Shown piece after piece: positions 18,621-27,867 of a stretch of 64,000 bases of DNA. How positions within the stretch are numbered: the stretch's first letter is position 1; each line of letters starts with the position of its first letter. The stretch is from Candidatus Fimenecus sp. Its GTDB lineage: Bacteria > Bacillota > Clostridia > Oscillospirales > Acutalibacteraceae. The stretch is from NCBI GenBank assembly GCA_045613685.1, contig JAZLBL010000048.1, positions 31,760 to 95,759 on the forward strand, written 5' to 3'. Below the pieces are notes generated by a model, which worked only from the letters and a program-made list of their open reading frames with translations, was not told the DNA's origin and searched no databases. A program made the position numbers and the translations under genes.

Positions 18621-19840
18621 TATCTAATTCCGTAATTTTCAATGATATAGTCCATATCTTTGTCGCCACGACCTGAAAGGTTGATAAGAACTGAGCCGTG
18701 TTCCATCTGCTTTGCGAGCTTCATTCCGTATGCAACTGCGTGTGAGCTTTCAATAGCAGGGATAATACCTTCCATACGAGAGAGCTTGAAGAATGCGTCG
18801 ATTGTTTCTTCGTCGTCAATTACATCATATTTAACTCTGCCGAGTTCTTGTAAGAATGCGTGTTCAGGGCCTGATGATGGATAGTCAAGACCACTTGCAA
18901 CTGAATAAACAGGAGCAGGCTCGCCGTTTTCATCTTTAAGCATAATGCTGTTAAATCCGTGCATAACACCTTCTGTGCCGTATTTAAGACTTGCTGCGTG
19001 GTCGCCCATCTTAGGGCCACGACCAAGTGGCTCAATACCATAAATATCAACAGGGTCATTTAAGAAACCTGAGAAAAGACCTGCTGCGTTAGAGCCACCA
19101 CCAACACAAGCAACAACAGCGTTAGGAAGATGACCTGTCATTTCAATGAACTGTTCTCTTGCTTCGATACCGATAACACTCTGGAAATCACGGACCATCA
19201 TTGGAAATGGGTGAGGTCCTAAAACTGAGCCGATACAATAAATGCAGTCGTTATATTCCTTACTATATGCATCAAATGCTGCGTCAACTGCTTCTTTAAG
19301 AGTCTGTAAACCGTGAGTTACTTCAACAACATTTGCACCTAAAATCTTCATTCTCGCAACGTTTGGAGCTTGCTTTTTGATGTCAACAGAGCCCATATAG
19401 ATATCGCATTCAAGACCGAAATATGCAGCGGCAGTAGCAAGAGCAACACCGTGTTGACCTGCACCAGTTTCTGCAATAACCTTTTTCTTACCCATATATT
19501 TTGCAAGAAGTGCTTCACCCATACAGTGATTTAATTTATGAGCACCTGAATGGTTCAAGTCTTCACGCTTTGCATAGAGTTGAACTTTACCACCCAAAGC
19601 ATCTGAAAGTCTTTCGAGATGTGTAACAGGTGTTGGTCTGCCTTGAAATTCTTTTCTGATTCTGCGAAGCTCTGCAATGAATTTTCTTGACTGGCAAATT
19701 GAGAAATATGCTTCAGTAATCTCTGCCATAGCATTCTTTAATTTATCGTCAATATAAACTCCGCCGTATTTGCCGAAATAACCATCCTTATCAGGATAAT
19801 TGTTGAAATAAGTTTCAAAATCCACATTGTTGAGAATCAT
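18620..19840 (-). CDS. trpB: Tryptophan synthase beta chain (stand-alone TrpB)
   Basis: [19 protein letters not shown] (PLP lysine), [23 protein letters not shown]. Real start is ATG 19840 after GGAGGAACAATT. The listed 468-aa ORF extends spuriously into the leader. Confidence 0.9.
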   Translation of the reverse strand: MILNNVDFETYFNNYPDKDGYFGKYGGVYIDDKLKNAMAEITEAYFSICQSRKFIAELRRIRKEFQGRPTPVTHLERLSDALGGKVQLYAKREDLNHSGAHKLNHCMGEALLAKYMGKKKVIAETGAGQHGVALATAAAYFGLECDIYMGSVDIKKQAPNVARMKILGANVVEVTHGLQTLKEAVDAAFDAYSKEYNDCIYCIGSVLGPHPFPMMVRDFQSVIGIEAREQFIEMTGHLPNAVVACVGGGSNAAGLFSGFLNDPVDIYGIEPLGRGPKMGDHAASLKYGTEGVMHGFNSIMLKDENGEPAPVYSVASGLDYPSSGPEHAFLQELGRVKYDVIDDEETIDAFFKLSRMEGIIPAIESSHAVAYGMKLAKQMEHGSVLINLSGRGDKDMDYIIENYGIR

Positions 19841-19849
19841 AATTGTTCC

Positions 19850-20110
19850 TCCTAAAAAAATAAAAATCCATCCCACAAAAATATGGGACAGACTGAAAAT
19901 AATCTGCGGTACCACCCAAATTCGTAGCATAGCTACGCACTCACTGTGTACGAACATACACTCAGCACTATAACGGTTGCTCTCCGTCGCACCTACATAT
20001 CGGATTGCCCTCAAAAGTCCATTCATTGAAATTCTTATTACCGCATTTGCACCATCAACGGCTCTCTTTGAATAAGTTTAAATCAACTACTATTCTTTCT
20101 CACAGGTTTT
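19850..20110 (-). promoter_or_regulatory. T-box riboswitch leader, probable Trp (UGG) specifier
   Basis: Minus strand has Stem I with AGAGAG bulge and GGTGCAAA distal loop, and a specifier-loop context GAA-TGG-A. The T-box sequence is AATTTGGGTGGTACCGCAG (19904-19920). The terminator is TCCCATATTTTTGTGGGA plus a T-run. Confidence 0.85.
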
Positions 20111-20175
20111 ATTGGTTGAATATTAACTTACAAGAATTTTAGCACCACAAACAATTATTGTCAATAGAAATATTT

Positions 20176-20420
20176 GCAAATTTGAATTTGTCGAGCTCTT
20201 TTAAAGTTTTTATCTCACCAAAATCGACCATCAAACAATGTAGGGGCGATTCACGAATCGCCCGAAAAGGTTACATCTCGCAATTGGAACGGGTCATAGT
20301 CTCACCTGCCGGTTCGGTCGGTGCTTCTGCTTCGCAGAGGTGTCTACCAGACACCCGCACCGTGAATGACCCCTACAAGGTTACATCACTGTACAAAAGA
20401 GATAGACAAACCCCAATTTG
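20176..20420. repeat. MITE-like intergenic element, copy B (inverted core plus 64-nt insertion)
   Basis: Same termini as copy A. The hairpin order is reversed, and GGGTCAT/GTGAATGACCC is split by a GC-rich insert at 20298-20361. Confidence 0.8.
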
Positions 20421-20506
20421 TCAAACGAAAAAATCTATACTTTTTATATGGTATTTATTGTTAAAATATGTTATACTATCTATAACTATGATTTTGGAGT
20501 TGCGTT

Positions 20507-23092
20507 ATGAAAATTTTAGCGATTGACGGTAACAGTATTTTAAACAGAGCTTTTTATGGAATCCGTGCTTTGTCAACTAAGGACGGCAGATTTACCAATG
20601 GTATTTATGGCTTTATGACAATTTTAATGAAACTTCGTGATGAAGTAGAGCCCGATGGTGTTGCTATTGCCTTTGACCTTAAAGCACCGACATTCCGTCA
20701 TAAAATGTATGATGGATATAAAGCAAATCGTCATGGAATGCCACCAGAACTCGCTCAACAATTACCTGTGCTCAAAGAACTTTTAACTACTTTGGGCTAT
20801 AAAATCGTAACTCTTGAAGGTTATGAAGCAGATGATATTCTCGGCACAGTTGCAGGTATGTGTAAAGATGGCGACGAATGTTTTATCGCAACAGGTGACC
20901 GTGACTCATTCCAACTTATTCGTGATAATGTTACTGTTTTGTTGCCACACACCAAAATGGGCAAAACTACAACTGAAATTTATACTCCAAAACGACTTTT
21001 AGAAGAATATGGTGTTGAGCCACTTCAAATGATTGACATTAAAGCTCTTCAAGGAGATACATCCGACTGTATTCCTGGTGTTGCAGGTGTCGGTCAGAAA
21101 ACGGCAGGGGATTTAATCCGAAAATTCGATTCAATTCAGAATATTTATGACAATATTGATACTCTCGAAATTAAAGAGAATCTCAAAAATAAGCTTGTTA
21201 CAGATAAAGAAAAAGCATTTTTAAGCTATACTCTCGGCAAGATTATTGATGATGCTCCTATCGGCTGCGTGCTTGCTGATTTTGTGCCAGCAAATGCTGA
21301 CGAAGAAAAGGCAAGAATGATGCTTGCTGACCTTGAAATGTTCAAGATTATTGAAAAACTTGAGTTTTCAGCACCAACTACTGTTGAGAAAAAAGATGAA
21401 AAAGTCAAAGAATTAGATTTTTCTGCAGATTTTTCAACTGATGAGTTGTTAAATAAAATAAAAGCAGAAAAGTGTGCATATTTCACCGTTGATTATAAGG
21501 ATTTAGATAATCCACAATTCTGTTTCTTGTGCGATAACTCGGTTTATCACCTTGAACCAATGCATTTGGGATATTTTGACTTTATAAAAACTGTTTTAGA
21601 AGACGAAGAAATTAAAAAATATACTGACAACTCAAAACTCTTATATAGATTTGCATTCCTTAATAAAATTGAGATTAAGGGTATGGCTTTTGATACATCT
21701 TTGGCAGGGTATATTCTTAATCCGTCAGCAAATGGATATAGCCCATTGCGACTTTGCGAAGAATACAAAGCACCAATTCCAAAGGTGCAAAGTGATTTGA
21801 CACTTGCACAAGACTGCGCAGTAATGAAATCTGTTTCGTTGCGTCTTAAAACACAGATTGAAAGTAACAATCAAGAATATTTGCTCTATAATGTTGAAAT
21901 GCCACTTGCAGAAGTTTTGGCATCTATGGAGCATTTAGGCTTTATGGTTGACCGTAAGGGCATTGCAGAATTTACTCAAAAAATAAGTGTTGAACTTAAA
22001 AATATTCAACAAGAGATTTACGATTTAGCGGGTGAAGAGTTTAATATTAATTCACCAAAACAGTTGGGTGTAATTCTCTTTGAAAAAATGGGACTTCCTG
22101 CAAAGAAAAAGACTAAGAGTGGTTATTCAACAAATGCAGATGTTCTTGAAAGCTTGCAAAATGAAAATCCAATTATTGAGAAAATTTTATGGTTCAGAAC
22201 TCTCTCAAAATTGTATTCAACTTATTGCGAAGGACTTTTAAAGGTAATCGGTGCAGACGGAAGAATTCACTCTTCATTTATTCAGACAGAAACACGTACA
22301 GGTCGAATTTCTTCAACTGAGCCAAATCTTCAAAATATACCTGTCCGTAAAGAAATCGGCAGAGAAATGAGAAAGTTCTTCGTTGCAAAAGAAGGTTCAC
22401 TTTTAGCTGATGCCGACTATTCACAAATTGAACTTCGTGTACTTGCTCATATTGCAGACGACGAAGAAATGCTCAAAGCTTTTAATAACGAAGTTGATAT
22501 TCATACAGTAACTGCATCACAAGTGTTTAATATGCCACTTGAAATGGTTACACCATTAATGCGTAGTCGTGCAAAAGCCGTTAACTTCGGCATTGTTTAT
22601 GGCATCGGTGCATTCTCACTTGCAAAGGATATAGGCGTTACACGAAAAGAAGCAGATGAATATATTAAAGGTTATCTTCGTCTTTATGCAGGCGTAGACA
22701 AATATATGGAAACTGTTGTTGCTGAAGCAAAGGAAAAGGGATATGTTTCAACTCTTTGGGAGAGAAGAAGATATTTACCTGAGCTTTCTTCTTCAAACGG
22801 AATGCTTCGTGCGTTTGGTGAAAGAGTGGCAAGAAATATGCCTATTCAGGGTACAGCAGCAGATATAATCAAAATTGCAATGGTTAAAGTTTATAACCGA
22901 CTTAAAGACGAAAAAATGGATGCAAAGCTTATTCTTCAAGTCCACGACGAATTGATTGTTGAAGCACCTGAAAACGAAATTGACAAAGCCGCAAAAATCC
23001 TTTCAGAAGAAATGGAAAACGCTTGCCAAATGAAAGTGTGTTTAAGAGCAGATGTTAATATAGGTCGCACTTGGTACGACGCTAAAGATTAA
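20507..23092 (+). CDS. polA: DNA polymerase I
   Basis: 5'-nuclease N-terminus (KILAIDGNSILNRAFYG), pol motifs DYSQIELRVLAH, RSRAKAVNFGIVYG and QVHDELIVE. 861 aa. Confidence 0.95.
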   Translation: MKILAIDGNSILNRAFYGIRALSTKDGRFTNGIYGFMTILMKLRDEVEPDGVAIAFDLKAPTFRHKMYDGYKANRHGMPPELAQQLPVLKELLTTLGYKIVTLEGYEADDILGTVAGMCKDGDECFIATGDRDSFQLIRDNVTVLLPHTKMGKTTTEIYTPKRLLEEYGVEPLQMIDIKALQGDTSDCIPGVAGVGQKTAGDLIRKFDSIQNIYDNIDTLEIKENLKNKLVTDKEKAFLSYTLGKIIDDAPIGCVLADFVPANADEEKARMMLADLEMFKIIEKLEFSAPTTVEKKDEKVKELDFSADFSTDELLNKIKAEKCAYFTVDYKDLDNPQFCFLCDNSVYHLEPMHLGYFDFIKTVLEDEEIKKYTDNSKLLYRFAFLNKIEIKGMAFDTSLAGYILNPSANGYSPLRLCEEYKAPIPKVQSDLTLAQDCAVMKSVSLRLKTQIESNNQEYLLYNVEMPLAEVLASMEHLGFMVDRKGIAEFTQKISVELKNIQQEIYDLAGEEFNINSPKQLGVILFEKMGLPAKKKTKSGYSTNADVLESLQNENPIIEKILWFRTLSKLYSTYCEGLLKVIGADGRIHSSFIQTETRTGRISSTEPNLQNIPVRKEIGREMRKFFVAKEGSLLADADYSQIELRVLAHIADDEEMLKAFNNEVDIHTVTASQVFNMPLEMVTPLMRSRAKAVNFGIVYGIGAFSLAKDIGVTRKEADEYIKGYLRLYAGVDKYMETVVAEAKEKGYVSTLWERRRYLPELSSSNGMLRAFGERVARNMPIQGTAADIIKIAMVKVYNRLKDEKMDAKLILQVHDELIVEAPENEIDKAAKILSEEMENACQMKVCLRADVNIGRTWYDAKD

Positions 23093-23095
23093 AGC

Positions 23096-23191
23096 TTGGC
23101 TCCCCTGAAAGGGGAGCTGTCAGCAAAGCTGACTGAGGGGTTTCTTGGCTCACCTGAAAGGGGAGCTGTCGAACGCAGTGAGACTGAGGGG
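23096..23191 (+). repeat. Two tandem double-hairpin repeat units (left flank of the DUF559 gene)
   Basis: Unit 1 is TTGGCTCCCCTGAAAGGGGAGCTGTCAGCAAAGCTGACTGAGGGG. Unit 2 is TTGGCTCACCTGAAAGGGGAGCTGTCGAACGCAGTGAGACTGAGGGG. The unit 2 GAGGGG lies 6 nt before ATG 23197. Confidence 0.85.
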
Positions 23192-23196
23192 TAAAA

Positions 23197-23604
23197 ATGA
23201 AAGATTTCAAATTCACAGGTTACAATCATAAACTTAAAGAACAGTCAAGAGAGCTGCGAAGAAATATGACGGAACAAGAAAAGCGATTGTGGTTTTGTTT
23301 TTTAAAAGATTATCCAATCAAAATTTACAGACAACGTGTAATTGGTAGTTATATAGTTGATTTTTATTGTTCAAAAGCAAAAATTGTAATTGAAATTGAC
23401 GGAAGTCAACACTACACTGATGAAGGTATCGATTATGATGAAAACAGAACAAAGGTAATAAATGACTTTGGCGTCGAAGTTATAAGATTTTCTAATTATG
23501 ATGTAAATACAAACTTTGAAGGAGTTTGCATGGAAATAGATAAAGTCATAAGTAGTAGGATAGGGCTTGATTTGCAAGTGTTTAACCCCTCTGTCACTCC
23601 GTGA
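23197..23604 (+). CDS. DUF559 (Vsr-like fold) endonuclease domain protein
   Basis: RELRRNMTEQEKRLW...YRQRVIGSYIVDFYC..KIVIEIDGSQHY...D..R...L...G..VIRF is the family pattern. 135 aa. Confidence 0.85.
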   Translation: MKDFKFTGYNHKLKEQSRELRRNMTEQEKRLWFCFLKDYPIKIYRQRVIGSYIVDFYCSKAKIVIEIDGSQHYTDEGIDYDENRTKVINDFGVEVIRFSNYDVNTNFEGVCMEIDKVISSRIGLDLQVFNPSVTP

Positions 23605-23626
23605 CATCTCCCCTTTCAGGGGAGAC
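23586..23626 (-). repeat. Inverted copy of the double-hairpin unit (right flank of the DUF559 gene)
   Basis: Reverse complement is GTCTCCCCTGAAAGGGGAGATGTCACGGAGTGACAGAGGGG. The DUF559 stop codon (23602-23604) lies inside it. Confidence 0.8.
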
Positions 23627-23662
23627 AAGAATATTGATTTCTATAAAAATCGAGGTAACGAT

Positions 23663-23965
23663 ATGAAAGATGTAATTTTGAGCGCAGATGGAGATTGTGT
23701 GGTTTATTCTGTGCCTGATGAAGTTGCGGATAATTTGCGTGAGTATTGTATAGAATTTTGTGATGAATGGCTTTGGAAAAGCCCAGACGCTAAAAAATAC
23801 AGAAGCAAAAATGGTGTGTGCTATAACGAAGAAGATTTTATTGAGTATTTGAACAAGTGGTTGTTTCCAAAGCAGATATCAAAGTTTGTACAAAATATTG
23901 GCTGGATTTCAAGTAACTCACAGATTCCACAAAAATATAAGGATTGTCCTAGGTTTAATTTTTAA
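23663..23965 (+). CDS. Hypothetical 100-aa protein
   Basis: ATG 23663 after GAGGTAACGAT. The upstream part of the listed 132-aa ORF only translates the repeat. No motif recognised. Confidence 0.5.
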   Translation: MKDVILSADGDCVVYSVPDEVADNLREYCIEFCDEWLWKSPDAKKYRSKNGVCYNEEDFIEYLNKWLFPKQISKFVQNIGWISSNSQIPQKYKDCPRFNF

Positions 23966-23979
23966 GAGAAGAATTATCT

Positions 23980-24843
23980 ATGAAAAAAATAATGTTTATC
24001 TGCAGTGGTAACACTTGCAGAAGTCCTTTAGCAGAAGGACTTTTCAAAAACTATTTACAACAAAACAATATTACTGATATCGAAGTATCAAGTGCGGGAA
24101 TTTCTGTATTCCCAGGTGATGAAATCAGCGTGAATTCTGCTCTTGTAGCAATGAATAGGGGAGTTAATATCTCTCTTCATCGTGCTCAAAAACTTAATCC
24201 GCAGCACATTGTTGAAACTGACTTGTTTGTATGTATGACCGAAAGCCATAGTGCTGTGATTTCAAAATATTGTGATTCTTCAAAAATTATGACGTTGAAT
24301 GTGCCGGACCCATATGGTCAAAGCATTGAAAAATATGAAGAATGTGCAAAAGAAATTGAAGCGTCATTTCCACAAATTCTTAATAAAATTAATAGCATTG
24401 CAACAATTTGTGAGATGAAAGAAGAGCATATTCCGTTTATTGCTGACCTTGAAAAAGAATGCTTTGCAGAGCCTTGGAGTGAAGATTCATTAAAAGATGA
24501 GCTAACTAATGAAACCGCAAGGTTTTATGTGCTTGAAAATCAAGGCAAGGTGCAAGGGTATATCGGTGCTAACAATATTTGCGGTGAAGTTTATATCACA
24601 AACGTTGCAGTGAATTCTAATGCTCGTGGCAAGGGATACGGCAAAAAACTTGTGAATCATCTCGTTATGCAAAGTCAGTTTGAAAACGCACTTTTTGTAA
24701 CTCTTGAAGTTAGAAAATCCAACGAAAATGCTATAAAGTTATACGAAAAATGTAGATTTAAAAGAATCGGTGAGAGAAAGAATTTTTATTCAAAACCAAC
24801 CGAAGATGGACTTATATATACACTTTATTTAAAGGAATATTGA
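23980..24843 (+). CDS. Fusion protein: low-molecular-weight phosphatase (LMW-PTP / arginine-phosphatase type) plus RimI-like GNAT acetyltransferase
   Basis: N-terminal part has the CSGNTCRS P-loop (CX5R-S) and DPY loop. C-terminal part has ITNVAVNSNARGKGYGKKLV (GNAT Q/RxxGxG/A motif) with RimI-like length. Positioned directly before tsaD. Confidence 0.8.
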   Translation: MKKIMFICSGNTCRSPLAEGLFKNYLQQNNITDIEVSSAGISVFPGDEISVNSALVAMNRGVNISLHRAQKLNPQHIVETDLFVCMTESHSAVISKYCDSSKIMTLNVPDPYGQSIEKYEECAKEIEASFPQILNKINSIATICEMKEEHIPFIADLEKECFAEPWSEDSLKDELTNETARFYVLENQGKVQGYIGANNICGEVYITNVAVNSNARGKGYGKKLVNHLVMQSQFENALFVTLEVRKSNENAIKLYEKCRFKRIGERKNFYSKPTEDGLIYTLYLKEY

Positions 24844-24845
24844 TT

Positions 24846-25865
24846 ATGAAAATTTTAGCAATTGAAAGCTCATGTGACGAAACTGCAGCAGCTGTAGTTG
24901 AGGATGGAAGAAACGTATTGTCAAATGTAGTGTCAACACAGATTGAAAAACATAAAATATTTGGTGGCGTTGTGCCTGAGATTGCATCAAGATTACATAC
25001 TGAAAACATCTCTTGGGTTGTAGAAAAAGCACTTGATGATGCTAATTGCACACTTGATGATGTTGATGCTATCGGTGTTACCTATGCACCCGGTCTTATT
25101 GGTGCTTTGCTTGTTGGTGTGAATTATGCAAAGGGATTAGCACTGGCAAGTGGCAAACCATTAGTGCCTGTGCATCACTTACGCTCACATATTGCGGCAA
25201 ATTATATCACTCATAAAGAACTTAAACCACCATTTATGTGCCTTGTGGTGTCAGGTGGTAATACTTTGCTTTGCAAGGTGAATGACTACACAGATTTTGA
25301 AGTGATTGGTCGCACTCGTGATGATGCAGCAGGTGAAGCGATGGATAAAGCGGCTCGTACTTTGGGACTTCCTTATCCTGGTGGTGTGAATTTGGATAAA
25401 ATTTCAAAAGATGGAGATAATATAAAATATAAATTCCCTAAACCAAGAGTTGACGGTAGTCCTTTGGATTTTAGTTTTTCAGGACTTAAAACAAATGTAA
25501 TAAACCTTGTTCACAACGCAGAGCAAAAAGGTGAAGAAGTGAACCCTGCTGATGTAGGAGCATCTTTTATAAATGCAGTTGCGAATTGTCTTTGCGAAAA
25601 CACAGAAAAAGCAATGGAAATGCACGACGAAAAGACACTTGTCCTTGCAGGTGGTGTATCTGCAAACTCTGTGCTTCGTAGCAGAATGGAAAAACTCGCA
25701 AAAGAAAAGGGTTGGGAACTCTATTTGCCTGACTTATCACTTTGCGGTGATAATGCTGCAATGGTTGGTGCACAGGGATATTTTGAATTCTTAAAAGGCC
25801 AAAGAGCAACTATGGCTCTTAACGGAAAAGCAACTGCTGATATATCGGTTGCTTATGAAGAATAA
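24846..25865 (+). CDS. tsaD: tRNA N6-adenosine threonylcarbamoyltransferase TsaD
   Basis: KILAIESSCDETAAAV N-terminus, HHLRSHI metal site, GGVSAN. ATG 24846 lies 2 nt after the upstream stop. Confidence 0.95.
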   Translation: MKILAIESSCDETAAAVVEDGRNVLSNVVSTQIEKHKIFGGVVPEIASRLHTENISWVVEKALDDANCTLDDVDAIGVTYAPGLIGALLVGVNYAKGLALASGKPLVPVHHLRSHIAANYITHKELKPPFMCLVVSGGNTLLCKVNDYTDFEVIGRTRDDAAGEAMDKAARTLGLPYPGGVNLDKISKDGDNIKYKFPKPRVDGSPLDFSFSGLKTNVINLVHNAEQKGEEVNPADVGASFINAVANCLCENTEKAMEMHDEKTLVLAGGVSANSVLRSRMEKLAKEKGWELYLPDLSLCGDNAAMVGAQGYFEFLKGQRATMALNGKATADISVAYEE

Positions 25866-26027
25866 AAATTGTATAAATATATAAAAACTATACATTAAAT
25901 TGATAAATTATTAACATTTTACCTATTGAATATTTCCCATATATAATGTATAATAACCATACAAAATTATAATAGGTAAGTTTGGACTAATTTTGTTATT
26001 AAAATGAATTTATATAAAGGAGCGAAC

Positions 26028-27824
26028 ATGTATATGGCACTCACAAACAACAAGACAATCCTTGAATGGATTGACAAACAAGTTGAACTCGTTAAGCCTG
26101 ACAATATTGTTTGGATTGACGGTAGCGAAGAACAAATCGAAGCTCTTCGTGCAGAAGCTTGTGCAACTGGCGAAATTATTAAACTTAATCAGGACCTTCT
26201 TCCAGACTGCTACTACCACAAAACAGCAGTTAACGACGTTGCTCGTGTTGAAGACAGAACTCTTATCTGCTCAAAGAAAGAAGAAGATGCAGGTCCAACA
26301 AACCACTGGATGGACCCAGAAAAAGCATACGCAATGCTTTATGATATTGCAAAAGATAGCTACAAGGGTAGAACAATGTATGTTATCCCTTATTCAATGG
26401 GACCAATCGGTTCACCACTTGCAAAAGTAGGTATCGAGCTTACAGACTCAATCTATGTTGTTCTTAATATGCTCATTATGACTCGTGTTGGTAAAGCAGT
26501 TATGGATGCTTTCGGCGACGAGAGCAACGACTGGGTTCGTGGTCTCCACTGTAAATGTGACATCGACGCAGAAAACAGATGGATTTGCCAGTTCCCTGAA
26601 GATAACACAATTATTTCAGTTAACTCAGGTTACGGCGGAAACGTTCTTCTTGGTAAAAAATGCTTTGCACTTCGTATTGCTTCATATCAGGGTAAAAACG
26701 AAGGTTGGCAAGCTGAACACATGCTTATTCTTGGTATCGAAAATCCAAAGGGCGAAGTTAAGTACATCTGTGCTGCTTTCCCATCAGCATGTGGTAAAAC
26801 AAACCTTGCAATGCTTATTCCACCAGAAGGATATCAGGCAAAAGGCTATAAAGTATGGTGCGTAGGTGACGATATTTCTTGGATTAGAAAAGGTCCTGAT
26901 GGTCGTCTTTATGCTATCAACCCAGAAAATGGTTTCTTCGGTGTTGCTCCTGGTACAAACGTTAAGTCAAACCCAAATGCTCTTGCATCAACAAAGAAGG
27001 GCACAATCTTCACAAACGTTGCTCGTAATCTTGATGACAATACAGTTTGGTGGGAAGGTCTCGACAAGAACCCTCCTGTAAACGCAGTTGAATGGACAGG
27101 TATCGAAACAAATGGTGTTGAATGGAAAGCAGAAGACAAGAACCTTGCTCATCCAAACAGCCGTTTCACAGCTCCTGCTGTTAACTGTCCTTGCATCAGC
27201 TCTGAATTCGAAAATCCTGCAGGTGTTCCAATCTCAGCTTTCGTATTCGGTGGCCGTCGTGCAAAGCTTGCTCCACTCGTATATCAGTCACGTGACTGGA
27301 ACCACGGTGTATTCGTTGGTTCAATCATGGCTTCTGAAACAACAGCAGCTGCAGCTGGTGCAGTAGGTGTTGTTCGTCGTGACCCAATGGCTATGCTTCC
27401 ATTCTGCGGTTACAATATGGGTGACTACTGGCAGCACTGGATTAACATTGGTAAGACTCTTGACGCTGACAAAGCTCCAAAAATCTTCAATGTTAACTGG
27501 TTCAGAAAAGACGATGAAGGCAACTTTATGTGGCCAGGTTTCGGTGATAACCTTCGTGTTCTTGAATGGATTATCAAGCGTTGCGAAAACGAAGTTGACG
27601 CTCAGGAAACAGCAATCGGTTACCTTCCATATGCTAAAGACATCAACATCGAAGGTCTTGAAGGTGAAGTTTCAGTTGAATCACTTGAAAGCATCCTTGA
27701 CGTTGATAAGGACCTTTGGGCAGCTGAAGCAGAAGGCATCGCAGAATTCTATGGTAAATTCGGCGACAAGCTTCCTGAAACACTCAAAGAAGAACTTGAA
27801 ACACTCAAGGCTAACCTTAAATAA
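26028..27824 (+). CDS. pck: Phosphoenolpyruvate carboxykinase (GTP)
   Basis: FPSACGKTNLAML kinase-1a motif, WCVGDDISW, FNVNWFRKD. About 600 aa. AAAGGAG lies 5 nt before ATG 26028. Confidence 0.95.
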   Translation: MYMALTNNKTILEWIDKQVELVKPDNIVWIDGSEEQIEALRAEACATGEIIKLNQDLLPDCYYHKTAVNDVARVEDRTLICSKKEEDAGPTNHWMDPEKAYAMLYDIAKDSYKGRTMYVIPYSMGPIGSPLAKVGIELTDSIYVVLNMLIMTRVGKAVMDAFGDESNDWVRGLHCKCDIDAENRWICQFPEDNTIISVNSGYGGNVLLGKKCFALRIASYQGKNEGWQAEHMLILGIENPKGEVKYICAAFPSACGKTNLAMLIPPEGYQAKGYKVWCVGDDISWIRKGPDGRLYAINPENGFFGVAPGTNVKSNPNALASTKKGTIFTNVARNLDDNTVWWEGLDKNPPVNAVEWTGIETNGVEWKAEDKNLAHPNSRFTAPAVNCPCISSEFENPAGVPISAFVFGGRRAKLAPLVYQSRDWNHGVFVGSIMASETTAAAAGAVGVVRRDPMAMLPFCGYNMGDYWQHWINIGKTLDADKAPKIFNVNWFRKDDEGNFMWPGFGDNLRVLEWIIKRCENEVDAQETAIGYLPYAKDINIEGLEGEVSVESLESILDVDKDLWAAEAEGIAEFYGKFGDKLPETLKEELETLKANLK

Positions 27825-27838
27825 AATGAATTACATTA

Positions 27839-27865
27839 AAACGGAGCTTCGGCTCCGTTTTTTGC
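27839..27865 (+). terminator. Intrinsic terminator after pck
   Basis: AACGGAGC-TTCG-GCTCCGTT followed by TTTTT. Confidence 0.8.
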
Positions 27866-27867
27866 TG

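Noticed and set aside
19841-20026. 62-codon N-terminal extension of the trpB ORF (listed as 468 aa)
   Set aside because: The extension covers the T-box leader, including the terminator. A strong GGAGG RBS precedes the internal ATG at 19840, where TrpB homology begins.
20158-20526. 122-aa plus-strand ORF spanning repeat copy B
   Set aside because: It translates the hairpin repeats (CRGDSRIARKG...) and the GC-rich insert, has no RBS, and overlaps the polA start. It is a read-through artefact of repetitive DNA.
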